NCBI GenBank assembly: GCA_028534125.1
Contig: CM052818.1
Coordinates: 47,432,001 to 47,496,000, forward strand
Direction: 5' to 3'
Origin: Lama glama
Lineage: Eukaryota
DNA: 64,000 nucleotides
Shown: positions 13,325 to 26,266 of the stretch, piece after piece
How the letters are laid out: each line of letters begins with the position of its first letter
Numbering within the stretch: position 1 is the first letter of the stretch
The notes under the pieces: generated by a model
Seen by the model: only the letters and a program-made list of their open reading frames with translations
The model's database searches: none
Told to the model about the DNA's origin: nothing
Translations under genes and position numbers: made by a program

Positions 13325-13530
13325 CAGTCCTGAGCTTAGACCTCGGAGTCTGGGTTCAAAGTCTAGCTCCAACACACGTGGTGAGCCTTTCGTAGCGTCA
13401 CTTAAACTCTCTTAGCCCCAGTTTCTTTCATTGTTGAATGCCTGTCAGGAGACCTACTTCTCAGAGTGGATGTGAGGCTTAAAATATATATATATATATG
13501 TAAACACCCAGTTTCCATTAGATGAGTACT
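13325..13530 (+). mobile_element. MIR SINE with an internal (TA)n run
   Basis: ctgggttcaaagtctagctcc...tcacttaaactctcttagccccagtttctttcat...acctacttctcagagtggatgtgagg. Confidence 0.75.
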
Positions 13531-14089
13531 AGACAACCTCCGGTATTCGTCACGAGTACTGCAGACAAGTGGATAGGTAGCCACGGTGCGCACCGCAGCG
13601 AGCTTGGGGCTGATGGCCCGGGGCGAGCAGCACGGATGCCCTCCTTGCCTTGCTGATTTCTGATCTATATACTAAGGGCTGAATGTTTGAATTTGTCCTG
13701 CTTCCATTTAATCCTGAAAGTAAATTTAAACATAAACATGCTCTTACCTCTTACACGGTAAGGAGGCAGAAATCTAAAAGCAGTAAACGAGATGCAAACA
13801 ACAATGCAACACATTGCCGAGCCTGTCAGGGTGCCCTGATCGCCAAAGGCACCCAGTGAAGTAGCTGCCAGCACACGCGGGGGGAGCTCAGAGACACATG
13901 AGAAAATTTGTTGGTGTTTTGTAAAGAGAAACCGTGAAGAGTTTCCCCAAATCTGATATGAGGAACTCACTGTCCATTCCACCCAGTTTTTAAATTTCCT
14001 GGACGTGGGACTCTGCAGGCTGGGCGATATGTGCTATTCCTTAAACCTAAATTAGAAAACGCTGGGAGCAGCGCCAGGCAATGGGCGTC

Positions 14090-14745
14090 TTGCTCACCCT
14101 GGGACAAGGGTGGCATGTGTTTTTGCTCCAGTGCTCAGAGCTGATAAAGGTGACTCCTCACCCCCCAGATCGGCTTTCTGTCCACACTGCTGCTTGGCGG
14201 GCCAAGCCAGGGGGTGTGCGTTTGCTGCACAAAGCGGGAACCACCCAGCGTCCTCGGGGGTGGAGGTGGGGGGGGGGCCGGAAAGTTCCAGGTTGGGAAG
14301 AAAGCTGCAGTTCCGAGGCGAGAGGGCAGAGGGGAGCTCCCTGGCGGTGGCCCTGGGCTCCCAGCGGGAGGAGGCTGGGTCCCTCGGGCCCCCGCCGGCG
14401 TCAGCCCGGAGGAGCGGCGGCCCGCGCCTCTCCCAGAGCCCGCGCGCGGCTGCTCCTGGGCACCTGGGAGTGTGTAGGTGTGTTTTTCTCTTCTTGTTGA
14501 CTTGGTTACCGAAAAGGGCTTTTGATGGAGACCACATCCTTTGACTGCGTATCAGGAAAGTTTATTGAAAGTGGCTCCGAGAACACACTAAAACCCCCAA
14601 CTTTCTGACTCAAGGAGCTGTTGCTTCACTTTCTTTTCTCTGTCACCAAGGTATAAACACACCTTCTGCTATCAGCTGTACTTTCCAGCCTGAAAGGAGA
14701 GTTCAGAAAGCAAGACAAGGTAAACAGGCCATGGCAGATAATAAA
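14090..14745. promoter_or_regulatory. GC/CpG-rich promoter or enhancer with a dense TF motif cluster
   Basis: CpG-dense 14330-14450, G-run 14256-14277, NF-kB-like GGAAAGTTCC 14280-14289, AP-1 TGACTCA 14606-14612, IRF/PRDM1-like cttcactttcttttc 14624-14638, FOX GTAAACA 14720-14726, GATA 14142-14147 and 14736-14741. Minus donor AGG|GTGAGC at 14098 and plus donor AAG|GTAAAC at 14719. Confidence 0.6.
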
Positions 14746-17189
14746 TCAGAACATGTACAGGATTCTTTTTAAAAGATATGCTGAATTCTCACTCAACATA
14801 CACGGAAGCGTGCGCTGCTGGCTCACAAAACCTGATATGATTTAACCCATTCCACGCTAACTCCCAGGAGCGGGCTGCCTAAGGTGGCAAAGAGCTCTCA
14901 CGGAGCCCTTCCCTTCAGTTTAAATGTTACCATGAGCAGTGTGTGCCGGGGACGGGGACGGGACGTCGCTCGCCCTCCCTTCACTCTGCTGCCCTCCCCT
15001 CCCCTCTGAGCTCCCAGTTTGGCTGTCACTTCCCGGCGGATGGGTTTCCCAGCCTCCCAGATCTAGGCGAGGTGCTGCACTCTGGTCCTCAGGGAGCCTC
15101 TGTGGCTCCTGCCTTTGCAGCGACCCCTGTCATGGCTGTCAGACTCTCATCTGTAATGTCCAGTGGGGTAAGCCTGGTGAGGACAGAGGCCATTTCACTC
15201 TCCTGTGTCAGTGTGTCCCCAACAGCAGGGATGTCACATGGCACAGGGCAGTCTCTCTCTCTCAGTGCTTATTAAATGTGCAAATAAATTCAGGAAATGA
15301 AGGCTCCTTAGCCTAGGAAACTCAGTCTTGGGGGTGAGGATGGGGAGAAAAGAGACAGACATGAAGACAATGATTTTAATATGTGAGTGGAGAGGGATAA
15401 GGGGGCGCAGAGACTCACTGCGGGGCAGTCGCAGAAGGGGCACTGCTGGTCTTGACCAGGTGGAGGGGCCAGGCTGGGAGAGGTGTGGGCGGCGGGGGTG
15501 GGCATGGCTCGCAGGGGCAGGTCGGGCGGCAGGAGGGTAGGAGAGCACTCCAAGCAGAGGGCACAGCTCGTGCGGAGGCATGAAGGGGTGCAGAGCGCGG
15601 GGATCTGTAGTTAGTGTTGTAATGATCTGTGTTTCCCATTTCAGCCCTAGGACAGCCGACTGGGGTGATAAGGGATGTTGATGCAGTGTGGGCTAGGAGG
15701 AAAAGCGTCAGGAAAACTGCCTGGTTTGCCTAGGCCGCTGGTGCAGTGGAAGGGGCAGAGCAAGGGGCACTTACTAGCTGTGAGGAAATGAGCACGTCAC
15801 ATGCCTCCATTCCCTGATAATCCCGACTTCATAAGACCTGCCTTAAAGATTGAATTAGGAAGGAAAGGTAGATCCTCGCATCATGCAGTAGGTGCTCAGT
15901 AAGTGCCCTTTTTTCTTCTTATTTCTCCTCTTTCTCGGTGCTGTTTCTTCCCTTTTTGCGCCACTGTAAGACCCAGACTGAGCCTGTTTGTGAAATGAGT
16001 CATATTCCTCCTTGCCCTGGAGCCTGTCCGATGTCCCGGTGGTGAGCAATCTCCCGCTCGGTCCCCACCCTGGGGAGCCCCTTTCCTGTCCCGAATGCCA
16101 CTTCGCCTCCTGAGATGCTGCGTACACGTCCCCAGCCCAGTCTCTGAATTATGCATTTTTATTGTGCCTGAGCCCAGCACTTAATAGAGGTTTAACAAAA
16201 GCTAGCTGCTGATGAAACAGCCTTCTTCAGACCAGAATTACAGCACAATTATAGGACGAAGGTTGGCTGCCCTTTCCATCAGGGTTAGTTGTTAACTGAG
16301 CCACCAGAGAGTGTGGCGTGTTGATGCTCTCAAGTCAACGAGGAAGAAAACCCCAGCAGCATAAGCATTGCTGCTTTTTCAAAAAGTTATTTTTAAGGGG
16401 AAAGACTTTTGGAAAACGTCACTGTTTGGAATGAGCTAAGACATTAAATACACACAGCTGAGTCATTTTAAATTAATAAAGAGCAGACCTAGGCCGGGAC
16501 ACCAGCGTTTGTAAATCATCTGCTCCGTGTTCAGCACTTTGCCGTCCATGTATTACCCATATATTATCTCATTTAATCAATATTCATCAGTTGTTCTACA
16601 GAAGAGACCTATTTCATAAACCCAATGACAGTTTGCCCTGATGTAATAGCGACTGCTACAAAATCACTTTTTTTATGAGGAACTAAATCACCTTCCAGAT
16701 GAAATGCTGATCGCATCGATGAGGTGCTGTGACATAAAGCGGGAGTAAGAAAGAGCCCTCAGATCTCAGGGGTTGAACCCACGGAGGTTGCTTTTTCGCA
16801 TATGTTATGTATAGGCTGAGGTCAGCTGCTGCTCGTCTGCCATTCCTTTATTCCAGGACCCCCGCTGGGAGAGCAGTCCCAGTCTGGGACGTGGCACCCT
16901 CCTGGCAGAGGGGAAAGGCCATGGCCACACCACACCGTGGCTCTCAAACTTCTGCTTGGAAAAGGCCCACGCCTCTTCTGCACAGATTTCATTAGTCAAA
17001 GCAAATCACATGGCCGAGCCCGTGTGCACAGGATGGTGAGAACACTCTTCTCGTGGGAGGGAGGGGGCGGTCACCGTGAGCCACAGAGCAGAGGCTATGC
17101 ACTCTCCTTCGACAGAGGAAGGGAGTGAAGTGTTTGGAATGATATTAAACCCTATGGCTGAAGTTAGGAGTAATGATGTCTCCTTTCAG

Positions 17190-17267
17190 GGTGTGAAAAC
17201 CTCATGCCGTTAAGTTCTCCAAAGTACGAGCTTCCCTGCTCCTCTCTTCTCATTCCCTAATGCCCAG
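17190..17267 (+). other. Candidate non-coding exon (78 bp)
   Basis: Acceptor tgtctcctttcag|G and donor CAG|GTAAGG. Stops in all three frames. Confidence 0.25.
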
Positions 17268-17895
17268 GTAAGGGGCAACGCACGTTTGTCAGGAAAATGT
17301 TGTGGCAAGCCTGAATTAAAACTATGACAGGGAAAGAAGAGAAAAGAATGGATCGGAGAAATATTTAAGGTCTATAGTGATCAATAATAATTCATAATGA
17401 TGAAGTTGGTAGGAGTCCAAGAGAGGACTAGAGAATGTCTTCAAGGTTTGGGGTTTGTTTACTAGACGTTTGGATAGGGAAGGCTTATACTTTAGGGAAA
17501 CCGGGTCACCAGTAATTCTTTTGCTGATTGATTGGATTTTGGACCACCTCACTATTTACTGGTTTTTCCCAGAAGAATGGAAAATCTCAATAAAGGTGCA
17601 CATAGCAGTTATTTTGCAACCCACATTCTCATAAAAATGGTGCTCATTGGCTTCCTTCAGGAGAGAATAATCGCTAAGAGCCACAAGCAGGTGGGGACGT
17701 TCCTGCACTTAGTGTCATCCAGGTAGACCTGACCGTGAACTCCACCGAGCCCAGGACCGCTGGGCAGCAGCAGCTTCATAAAGATGCCGACCTCTTCTTA
17801 GAGGAGAATCTTTCATTCTCACCAAAGATACTGATATCTCAAAGTCAAACCAACGGGCAGCAATTTGGAGTTTTAAATGGAGCAAAAACAGATTT

Positions 17896-17998
17896 AATTT
17901 TTTAAATGGAAGTACAGTCAGCTACAGTGTGTCAGTGTCTGGTGCACAGCACAATGTCCCAGTCATGCACATACATACAAATATTCATTTTCATACTC
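17896..17998 (-). mobile_element. Very short 5'-truncated lineage-specific L1 3' end with TSD
   Basis: T-tail followed by gaagtacagtcagctacagtgtgtcagtgtctggtgcacagc. Perfect 13-bp TSD CAAAAACAGATTT at 17883-17895 and 17999-18011. Confidence 0.85.
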
Positions 17999-19699
17999 CA
18001 AAAACAGATTTTCTAATTTTACTTCCAACAGATGTTAAATTTGGATTAAAATATAGTAATACCGTAGCGTAGATTAGAATTGTAGCCAGGGTGTTTCAAG
18101 ATAGCTATCTTCCCTTTTTTGGTCTCCTAATTCCTCCCCCCACCCCCCAATTATAATTTGCTAACATATCTTATAAGAATGAAAACAGTTGGGATCTAAA
18201 CTTATTGCTCAAGTGGAAGCTGAGTATTCTGTTGATGTCCCTAGAGAAAAAAAGGCCCCCAGATGGGTCAGATTAGCCACAAAGTCTGAGACATGAGAAG
18301 GTATTTTAAAATCCAGAGCTGAAACAATCCTGGGGGGAAAATGAAGCAATGATTTCAAGTCTTCAGAATAGCAGGAGAGCGACAACCTAGCTAGTGGGAT
18401 AATGAGACGTTGTTCTTCAAAACTAAGCCTAAGGACTGAAGTCCACTCCAAAATCTACCAGAAATTGGTAATTCACTTGAAGAACACTATCAGGGTCTCC
18501 TGTATTGGACAAGGCTCTGTATCAAGTGCTGTCGGGGGTACAGAGAATTAAGACAAGCTCTGCCCTCGAGAGGCAAATTATTTAGTTCAGAAGGCAAAGC
18601 ATATAAAACAATAGGTCTTCATATATGGTAAAACTGGATAAGTCCCAAAGGATATTTTTAGGGGTTTATGCATTAATTTATGTGTTCATTCCTCTAATAT
18701 TTTGGGAGACCTATTAGGTCTCTGCACTTGGGACACAGCGTTAAACAGGCAGAGCCCCTGTGTCATACAAAGGCATGCAATCAGAGTCCAACAAGACATT
18801 GTTAACACAGAGGCATAAATGGGACACTAGCTATGAGCATAGCATATGTTTTGATAGGATGGACAGGATTCTTTTCTGCCTTACAGAGTTCCATTGTGAT
18901 AACCACAAACTTACACTACCTAGAAGTTATTTTTCTTGTTTACAAAACTGAGAATAGTTGTTTACTTCAAAGAGCTGGTCTAACCATATAATAAGACTGC
19001 ATAAGTGAAATTTAGGCATGAGTCACTCACCGAAGAGAAATTGCATATGGCAGCCATGGTAGTATTGCCATGGGAACCAGAGGAAAAATCGTTTCTCCCT
19101 TCATGCCAGGTGAAGGCAAAACATCATGAAAGAAAACAAAAACACATGTGATTGGAAGCCATTTTTCCCCTTCAACTTCCTTGTAAAGTCCAATTTTGTC
19201 CATTAAAACTCATGGTAAATGTATCCTTAACATGGGAAAACTTCTTTCCAAGAATAGTCAATTGCCTCTTCCTTGCTCTGTCTCCTGTACAAACATCTAT
19301 TATATTATTTATCACACCCCATTGCTAGGAGGTTAAATGTTTCTGTCCTGTTAGCTTATAATATTTTGAGAGAAGGAATCTAGCTTTTGTCATCCCTGTG
19401 TCTCTCGTTTCTGGCTCAGCTTAGTATAATATGATAGTTGTTGACTAAGCTAGGCTGTCTCTGAACTTTTGAGTCCCCGAGGAAAGAAGGGATCATAGGA
19501 GGCTGAGCACTGGCAGCATTTCTCTTTGTGCTTTAGGAAGTGCATTGCACCAGCACTAAACAATACAGGCCCACTCTCTGCCCATGAAAAGTGCTCCCCC
19601 TAAAATTATGTGTTGAATCAAGTATGAGTTAGTTGATCCTTACGTTGTAAGCAAGCTAATCTTACAGTTTTGATCAGGCCACTGTTCTTGAAATCACCT

Positions 19700-20160
19700 A
19701 TACAGGATGAAACTCAAACTACTTATTATCCTTTCTGAAGCCTTTCCAAAACTCATGCTGACATGTTTTCACTTTCATCACCTGAAGCTCTTCCCACACA
19801 CTTCTGCCCCTCATATCTTTCCTGTGGTTCTCGAAATGGCTATGTTGTTTCAAGGGCAAACTTATGTCACAGGCATGAAAAAGCTACTCTGCCTTCTCTG
19901 CCTGATATATCACTATTTGGTCTTCAAAATCCATTACAAACAAAAATTCAAAATAACTTCTCCTTGTGGAATTTGCCACTCCCTTCCTTCAGTTGCCAAA
20001 GATTTTTGCTTGCCATGTGTGCTCTTGCTTCTTTCAAGGGTAGTTACATCGACTGTGCTACCAACCCTTTAAGGAAGAACGTAGTGTTTTGGTTTTTATT
20101 TACCCCAGTGCCTAGTGAAATGCATGGCTCCTAATCGACGCTCAAAAATATTGAAAGAGA
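19700..20160 (+). mobile_element. L2 3' fragment
   Basis: Ends ccccagtgcctagtgaaatgcatggctcctaatcgacgctcaaaaatattg, matching the L2 3' terminus. Confidence 0.65.
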
Positions 20161-21140
20161 AGAAAAGTAAAAAGGCAAAAGTATGAAAGACAGGAGGCAG
20201 GAATAGAGAAAAATGTAGGGAAGGCGAGAAGAAAGGAATGGGCATTTGAGGAAACTTGGTGTGAATCTGGCAATGACAACAACATTGGGATAATCTTATT
20301 GTACTAACTATTGTGTTTTGAGTACCTACTGTGTGGCAGGTAGCATGCTAGGGATTTTATATGCATCATCTAGTTTTCTCCACACAGCTCCCTTAATTTA
20401 ATAAATTTGTGAGTCTGGAATTTACATCTTCATATACTTTTCATAAAACTTAAGGACCACGTCTAAGTCAACTAGCAGAGAAGCTTTAAAGATTGAGAAA
20501 TGAGTAATTGGTCATTATGTCTTATCATTCCTGTCTGGTCCTGCAGACAGGTCTCTTACATTTAGGCATATAACCATCAAATAAATGGTGACTAAATAAA
20601 TGTAAGGAACACTATATTGAGTCTCTGAGCGATTTACAGAAATGACTAAGTCTTTTTTAGGACTCACAGCACCCATATTCTCTATTTCAAGATTCCCAGT
20701 GGTCCCAATGGTGTTGGCATGTCACCAAGACAGCTGCTTATATGTCTGTTTTGGCTCACTTAGTTATTTACTCCTTCAGGGTACATTTCTAGAAGTGAAG
20801 CTGCTGTCTAAAAGGTGTGAATATTTTTCATGCTTTTATGTATAAAGAAGTTCGCTTCCATAAAAGTTTTATCCACAGTGGGTACACAGAGAATTTCTTC
20901 ACCCTCACAAATCCTTAGCCTTTTCAATTTTTAATAATGGTTTGTTTATATTTAATTTAAAATTATTATTTTCTAGCTAGATAGGTAGCGATTATATCTC
21001 ATTGTATTTTTCACTCTTGTAGGATGGACACCTTTTATATCTGTTAGTCATTTGTATTTTCCATTGTAGATTATTTGTATATGCTTTGTCTATATTCATA
21101 TAATCGTATTTCTGTTTTCCTATATATATTGTGGATTTTT

Positions 21141-21735
21141 TTGTTTTTTTAATTGTGTCTGATCTTTGACACGTCTTTTTGTTTGTTTGTTTTACTGACC
21201 TATACTCAGTTTGCAATATTGTGCTAATTTCTGATGTACAGCATAGTGATTCAGTTATATGCATATGTGTATATATTCCTTTTCATATTCTTTTTCATTA
21301 TAGACTATTTCGAGGTATTGAATAGAGTTCCCTGTGCTATACAGTAGGACCTTGTTGTTTGTCTATTTTATGTATGGTAGTTAGTATCCATAAATCCTGA
21401 ACTCCCAACTTATCTCTCCCTACCCCTTCCCCCGCCTAGTAACCACAAGTTTGTTTTCTATGACTGTGAGTCTGTTTCCATTTTGTAAATAAATTTATTT
21501 GCTCATTTTTTTTTAGCTACCACATATAAGTGATATCATATGGCATTTTTCTTTCTCTTTCTGGCTTATTTCACTTAGTATGATGCTCAATACCACTAAC
21601 TAGTAGAGAAATGCAAAATTACAATGAGTTATCACCTCACACCAGTCAGAATGGCCATCATTAAAAAGTCCACGAACAATAAATGCTGGAGAGGGTGTGA
21701 GAACAGGGAACCTTCCTACACTGTTGGTATGGAAT
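21141..21735 (-). mobile_element. Lineage-specific L1 with 5' inversion (twin priming), inserted into an older antisense L1
   Basis: Antisense 3' UTR and ORF2 C-terminus 21194-21588, then sense ORF2 21582-21735 translating to YHLTPVRMAIIKKSTNNKCWRGC. An older L1 continues on both flanks. Confidence 0.85.
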
Positions 21736-23276
21736 TTTTTGATGTGTACTTTGCAATTTCTTTCACACCTCACTGTATAACTTTGCTTATGGTAGTTCTG
21801 ACATATAGATGGTTTTAAATATATAATCAGATCTATCACTCTGTTTTGGTGTTATACTTACAAATGGTAAATCATCTTAATTTTAGATCCAATGACATTA
21901 AAAGCTGCATCAGGGAAGAATTATGAACTACTTATTTTTAAGATGAAATCTTTAACTATTTACACATGTCAGACTGGGACAAGGCATGATGTCTGACAGG
22001 TACTCAGAGAACATGAGCTGATGATGGAAACCATGCTGAGCAGCAAGTCATGTTCAAGGTCACATTCAAACACCAGACCAGCCAGCTACCTGACTTCTAC
22101 TACAGAATTCCACCAACCCCGAAGTATACTTGGAGCCTTGTCTTTTGTCTAGGAAAATACCAGACAAAACATTAGACTTGAGCATATTAGACTGGACCTT
22201 TCCAAAGAATTCAGTTTATTTAAATAAAATGCTTTCTGCCAGTAACTCCAAGAAGAGATAGTATGGAACTAGAACTTGGGAAACTTGGCAGTAGTTTTTA
22301 TTTTGCTTAACTTTGGGCCTCAGATTATTTTATTTCTCAACAAAGAGTTAAAACCTAATCCCTAGGATCTTAATCTATGAACTTCCCAAAGCTTACGTTT
22401 TAGGTAATCTAGGTCTCTGCCTCTCCTGAAGGTGTCGCTCTGCACCGGGGGCATGAGTATGGATGGAAGAGAGTGGGCTTTGGAGCCCAAATCATTTGAA
22501 ACTTGCTTCTGCTTCCTGTGGCCTTGGGAAGTTGCCTACACTTGTCATTGAAGCTCTCTTTTATCTGAGGCAAAGGTATTGTTATGATAAAGTAAAATGA
22601 GAGAGGTCAGATGCTGGGCACATGGTAGAACCTAAGGAATGCACCTTGAGGTGCAACCTTGGCAAAATGGAAAGAACTTGGAAAGATATGAGATTTACTG
22701 CTCACCCCACCCTCCTAGCCTTGGGCTATGCACCTATAAATTTGAGCAAAATAATGCCTATCTTGGAAAAATGCTATCATGAATAAAGGAGATTATGTAC
22801 AATTCGCATAAATCACAAATGGGTTGTAAGGCTTGCTGTATCAGCCTCCTGCATTTCCCTAATTAATTTGCTCCCTCACCCATCCAGACAACGATTTCAT
22901 ACTTCTACTCTTTAACCTTCAGCAATGAGTTGTCCTCTTCTTCACTCCCAAATAACAACCCCACTTCTTATTTTGTTGATGAAGCAGAAATCATTCATGA
23001 GAACTATACCATCTTTCTGAAATCCAAACTACTGACCTGCAGCATTGGGCCCCACATCCTGCCTTCTCTGTTTTTCACCCTAGATTTTACCATAGATGAA
23101 CTTCCATCCATACTATTTAAGGGCAGGTCCTCCAAACGTTCACTCAATCTGATTGCCAAACACCTAGTGAAAGGCTCTGTGTCTTTATCCATCTCCCTTT
23201 CTTCTGAATCATCAGTATTTCTTGCCCTAATGCATTTTTCCATCAACATTTATAGTGTAGGGCTGTGATAGCCCCA

Positions 23277-23376
23277 TCTCTCTCTCTCTCTCTCCCTCTC
23301 TCTCTCCCTCTCTCTCTCTCTCCCTCTCTCTCTCCTCCTCTCTCTTTCTCTCTCTCTCTCACACAGACACACACAC
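23277..23376. repeat. Compound (CT)n/(CA)n microsatellite within an L2 remnant
   Basis: About 84 bp of imperfect CT repeat followed by acacagacacacacac. Confidence 0.95.
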
Positions 23377-23629
23377 TCTTTACCCTACATCCACTCTTGT
23401 TAAAATGCAGCCTTTACATGAACCTCCTAGGATGGGCTGTCTATATCCTCTGTCTGCATTTGCCATCTAGTCAAGGCTACTAGTGACGTACTGGTCCAAG
23501 CTTCCATCACATCTGGGCTGGAAATGAAATATGCTTACCTTCCCACCAGGTCTCCATGCTTTTATGTTTGTCTTTTCGCAATCTGTGCTAAAACAAGCAA
23601 ACACACACAAAAAATAATCTTACTTTTTC

Positions 23630-24295
23630 AGTTTTTACAAATTTCTAATTGTAGTAATATGCACATAGCATAAAATTTACCATCTGAACTGTTTTTCAGT
23701 GGACAGTGTTAACTACATTCATATTGTTGTACAACCATCACCACAGTCTATTTCCAGAACTTTTTCACTAACCCATACTAAAACTTTGTACCTATTAAAC
23801 AATTCATTTACCCCTCCCCTAAGCCCCTGCCCACTTCCTGTCTCTATAAATTTGACTACTCTAGGTGCCTCATATAAGTGGAAACATAGTGTCTGTCTTT
23901 GTGTGACTGGCTTATTTCACTTAGCATGGTGTCCTCAAGGCTCATCTGTTGTGATATGTGTCAGAATTTCCTATCTTTTTTAAGGTTGAATAGTATTCCA
24001 TTATATGCATAAACCATCTTTTGTTTATTTACCTGTTGATGGATTCTTGGGTTGTTTCCACCCTTTGGCTATTGTAAATAATGCTGTTATGAACATAAAG
24101 ACATAGGTATCCCTTTGACACCTTGCTTTCGATTCTTTGAGGTATTTACCAGGAAGTGGAATTTCTGGATCATATGATGATTCTATTTTTAATTTTTTGA
24201 GTAAACATTATACTGTTTCCCATGGGGCTGCACCATGTTACATTCCCACCAACAGTGCACAAGAGTTCCAATTTCCCCAAATCCTTACCAACACA
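23630..24295 (-). mobile_element. L1MB-like 3' end
   Basis: cataaaatttaccatc...acattcatattgttgtacaaccatcacc...aaatttgactactctaggtgcctcatataagtgg...ggaagtggaatttctggatcatatg. Confidence 0.9.
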
Positions 24296-24954
24296 AATAA
24301 CCTTTTAAAAGGATTAGACTAAAGCACTCTCTCGTTGAAGAACTGCTTAAGTTTTTCTCATATATTAATACATGAGGATTCTCTTGCTGGTGTATGAGAA
24401 TTTTTTAGCAAATTTTTAACAGGGGAATGCTTTGATTTAATTTGATCTAATTTACTATATTCCATAAAGACCTGTATGATCTGCCCTTTGCTTACACAAC
24501 CATCCTCAGTTCCAAGCATCTGCTCTCTTCCCTTTTTTACCACACTCAAGTCATCCTGGTCTGTAATCCTCAGCATTTCTCCCTCACATCTCACTCAGGA
24601 GTTGTACACTTGCTATGTTTTCTGGCTGGATGTTCTTCTCCAAAGTTTCCATTTACTCAGGGTTCAGCTCAAATGTTTCACTTCTATGTAAAATACTGGC
24701 CCTAGTCTAGCCATGCTCAATTTTCTACCTAGAAATGATCAATATCAGGAAGTACTTACTTAGTGAAAGATTCTGTGTTGTTTATCTTCTTTACTAGTAT
24801 AAAAGCTTCAGGAGAGTAGGAACACTTTTCATTTTGTAAACCACTGTATTCTCCGCTCCTAGAACCGTGCCTGCCCTAAGGGAGACACTTAATGAATACA
24901 TTTTGTATATTGAAAAAATATACTTACATGACAGTCATTGTAAATGAGAAGAAA

Positions 24955-24974
24955 ATGATGATGATGATGATGAT
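24955..24974. repeat. (ATG)6 trinucleotide microsatellite
   Basis: atgatgatgatgatgatgat seen directly. Confidence 0.9.
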
Positions 24975-26188
24975 AGTTTTATTATAACAATAATGGTTTA
25001 AGCTGTTCATGCCCTCCCATTTCTTTGGACAACCAAGAGAAGTGCAATCACTGAGGAGCGACTGCATGTCTGTAATTCCCTTTTGAAACGGACAAATAAA
25101 ACCAAGATGGCACAAGGTAGGAACAAACTTGCCTGGAGTTACGCAACTCCTATTTAAATGAAAAGTGAGGTGAGCATGGGATCTGAAATAGGTGTGGGTT
25201 TGCAGTCTTAGTACTGACGGAATCGTGGTCCCCTCTGAATGATTGTAACCAAGGGAAACGCTTCCATTTCAGCGGGGGGACTAGAGCAGGGCTATGAGTT
25301 GCAGGGTCGCCCCGGCAGCCCTGGGTCTGGTGCATAGACTGGCCACCTGGTAAAGCCCCATTGAGGTCATGGTTGCCAAGGCACAGGGCATAACCAAAGG
25401 AAGAGCCTGGCAGCAGTGCTGGCATAAACCACTTCCCGGCTATGCAGCTGCAAGCTACGCAATGTGATTCTGAATCCTTTTTCACTCTAATATCCAGTAA
25501 ATAAAGTCATACAATTAAGGAGCCAGAATACCTGAAAGACACAAAATTGAGCACCGACAGGTTCCTGTCTTTGTCCCACACACTTTTTAAATTCAAAATC
25601 AGCTGGACCACATCTTGGCCAGACCAAAACAAAATACAGAGGCGGTCCAAGAATACATCATACTGACTTAAAGAGAGCTCCGAAGGAAGAGGAAAGATAA
25701 CTGACCCTCCTCGGGTCACTAATACATCAGCACGTGGCGTGTGTACTCGGCAAAACCGATTACAGCCATTTCTGTCCCGCTTTCATTTTTGTCAATTTTT
25801 AAATTTCTAATTTATATGGAAAAGTTAAATAACAGACTTCTTATCTTCCTGGCGAACGTGATTTCTTAGAGCATAGTTGTTTCGTATTCAACTTTTGATA
25901 TCACATTGCAGACACTTCAGCTGTTGACACAAAGCCCTTAAAACGCATTTGGCAGCTTCTCCACTAGCTGCAAGCTGCCCTACAGTCCCCGCAGGGATCT
26001 GATGGGACGAGCATCCCTTGATCTCCTACTAACCTGTGAGGCAGCTTCCTGGGGTGTGCAGGGCATGCAAAGACCCCTAAAGCCCTTCAATAACCTCATA
26101 CAGTGAATTCTGCAGATAAACAGTCAGAAACAAGCATTTAATGGACACTTATGCACATATTTCCTGTTTCCCCTTTCTCTTCCTACAG

Positions 26189-26266
26189 AGGTCCGTACAT
26201 GTCATTACTGAGACTTCTGTGGCAATGGTGGGAAGTTTCCTTGCCAGCAGAAAACGAAAGAAGCTG
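26189..26266 (+). other. Candidate exon (78 bp) with strong splice signals
   Basis: Long pyrimidine tract tttcctgtttcccctttctcttcctacag|A and donor CTG|GTAAGG. Open in two phases, but no peptide recognised. Confidence 0.3.

Noticed and set aside
12825..15640. Several 100-160 aa ORFs on both strands
   Set aside because: These are expected from stop-codon depletion in GC-rich DNA. The peptides are low-complexity P/G/A/R-rich with no family resemblance.
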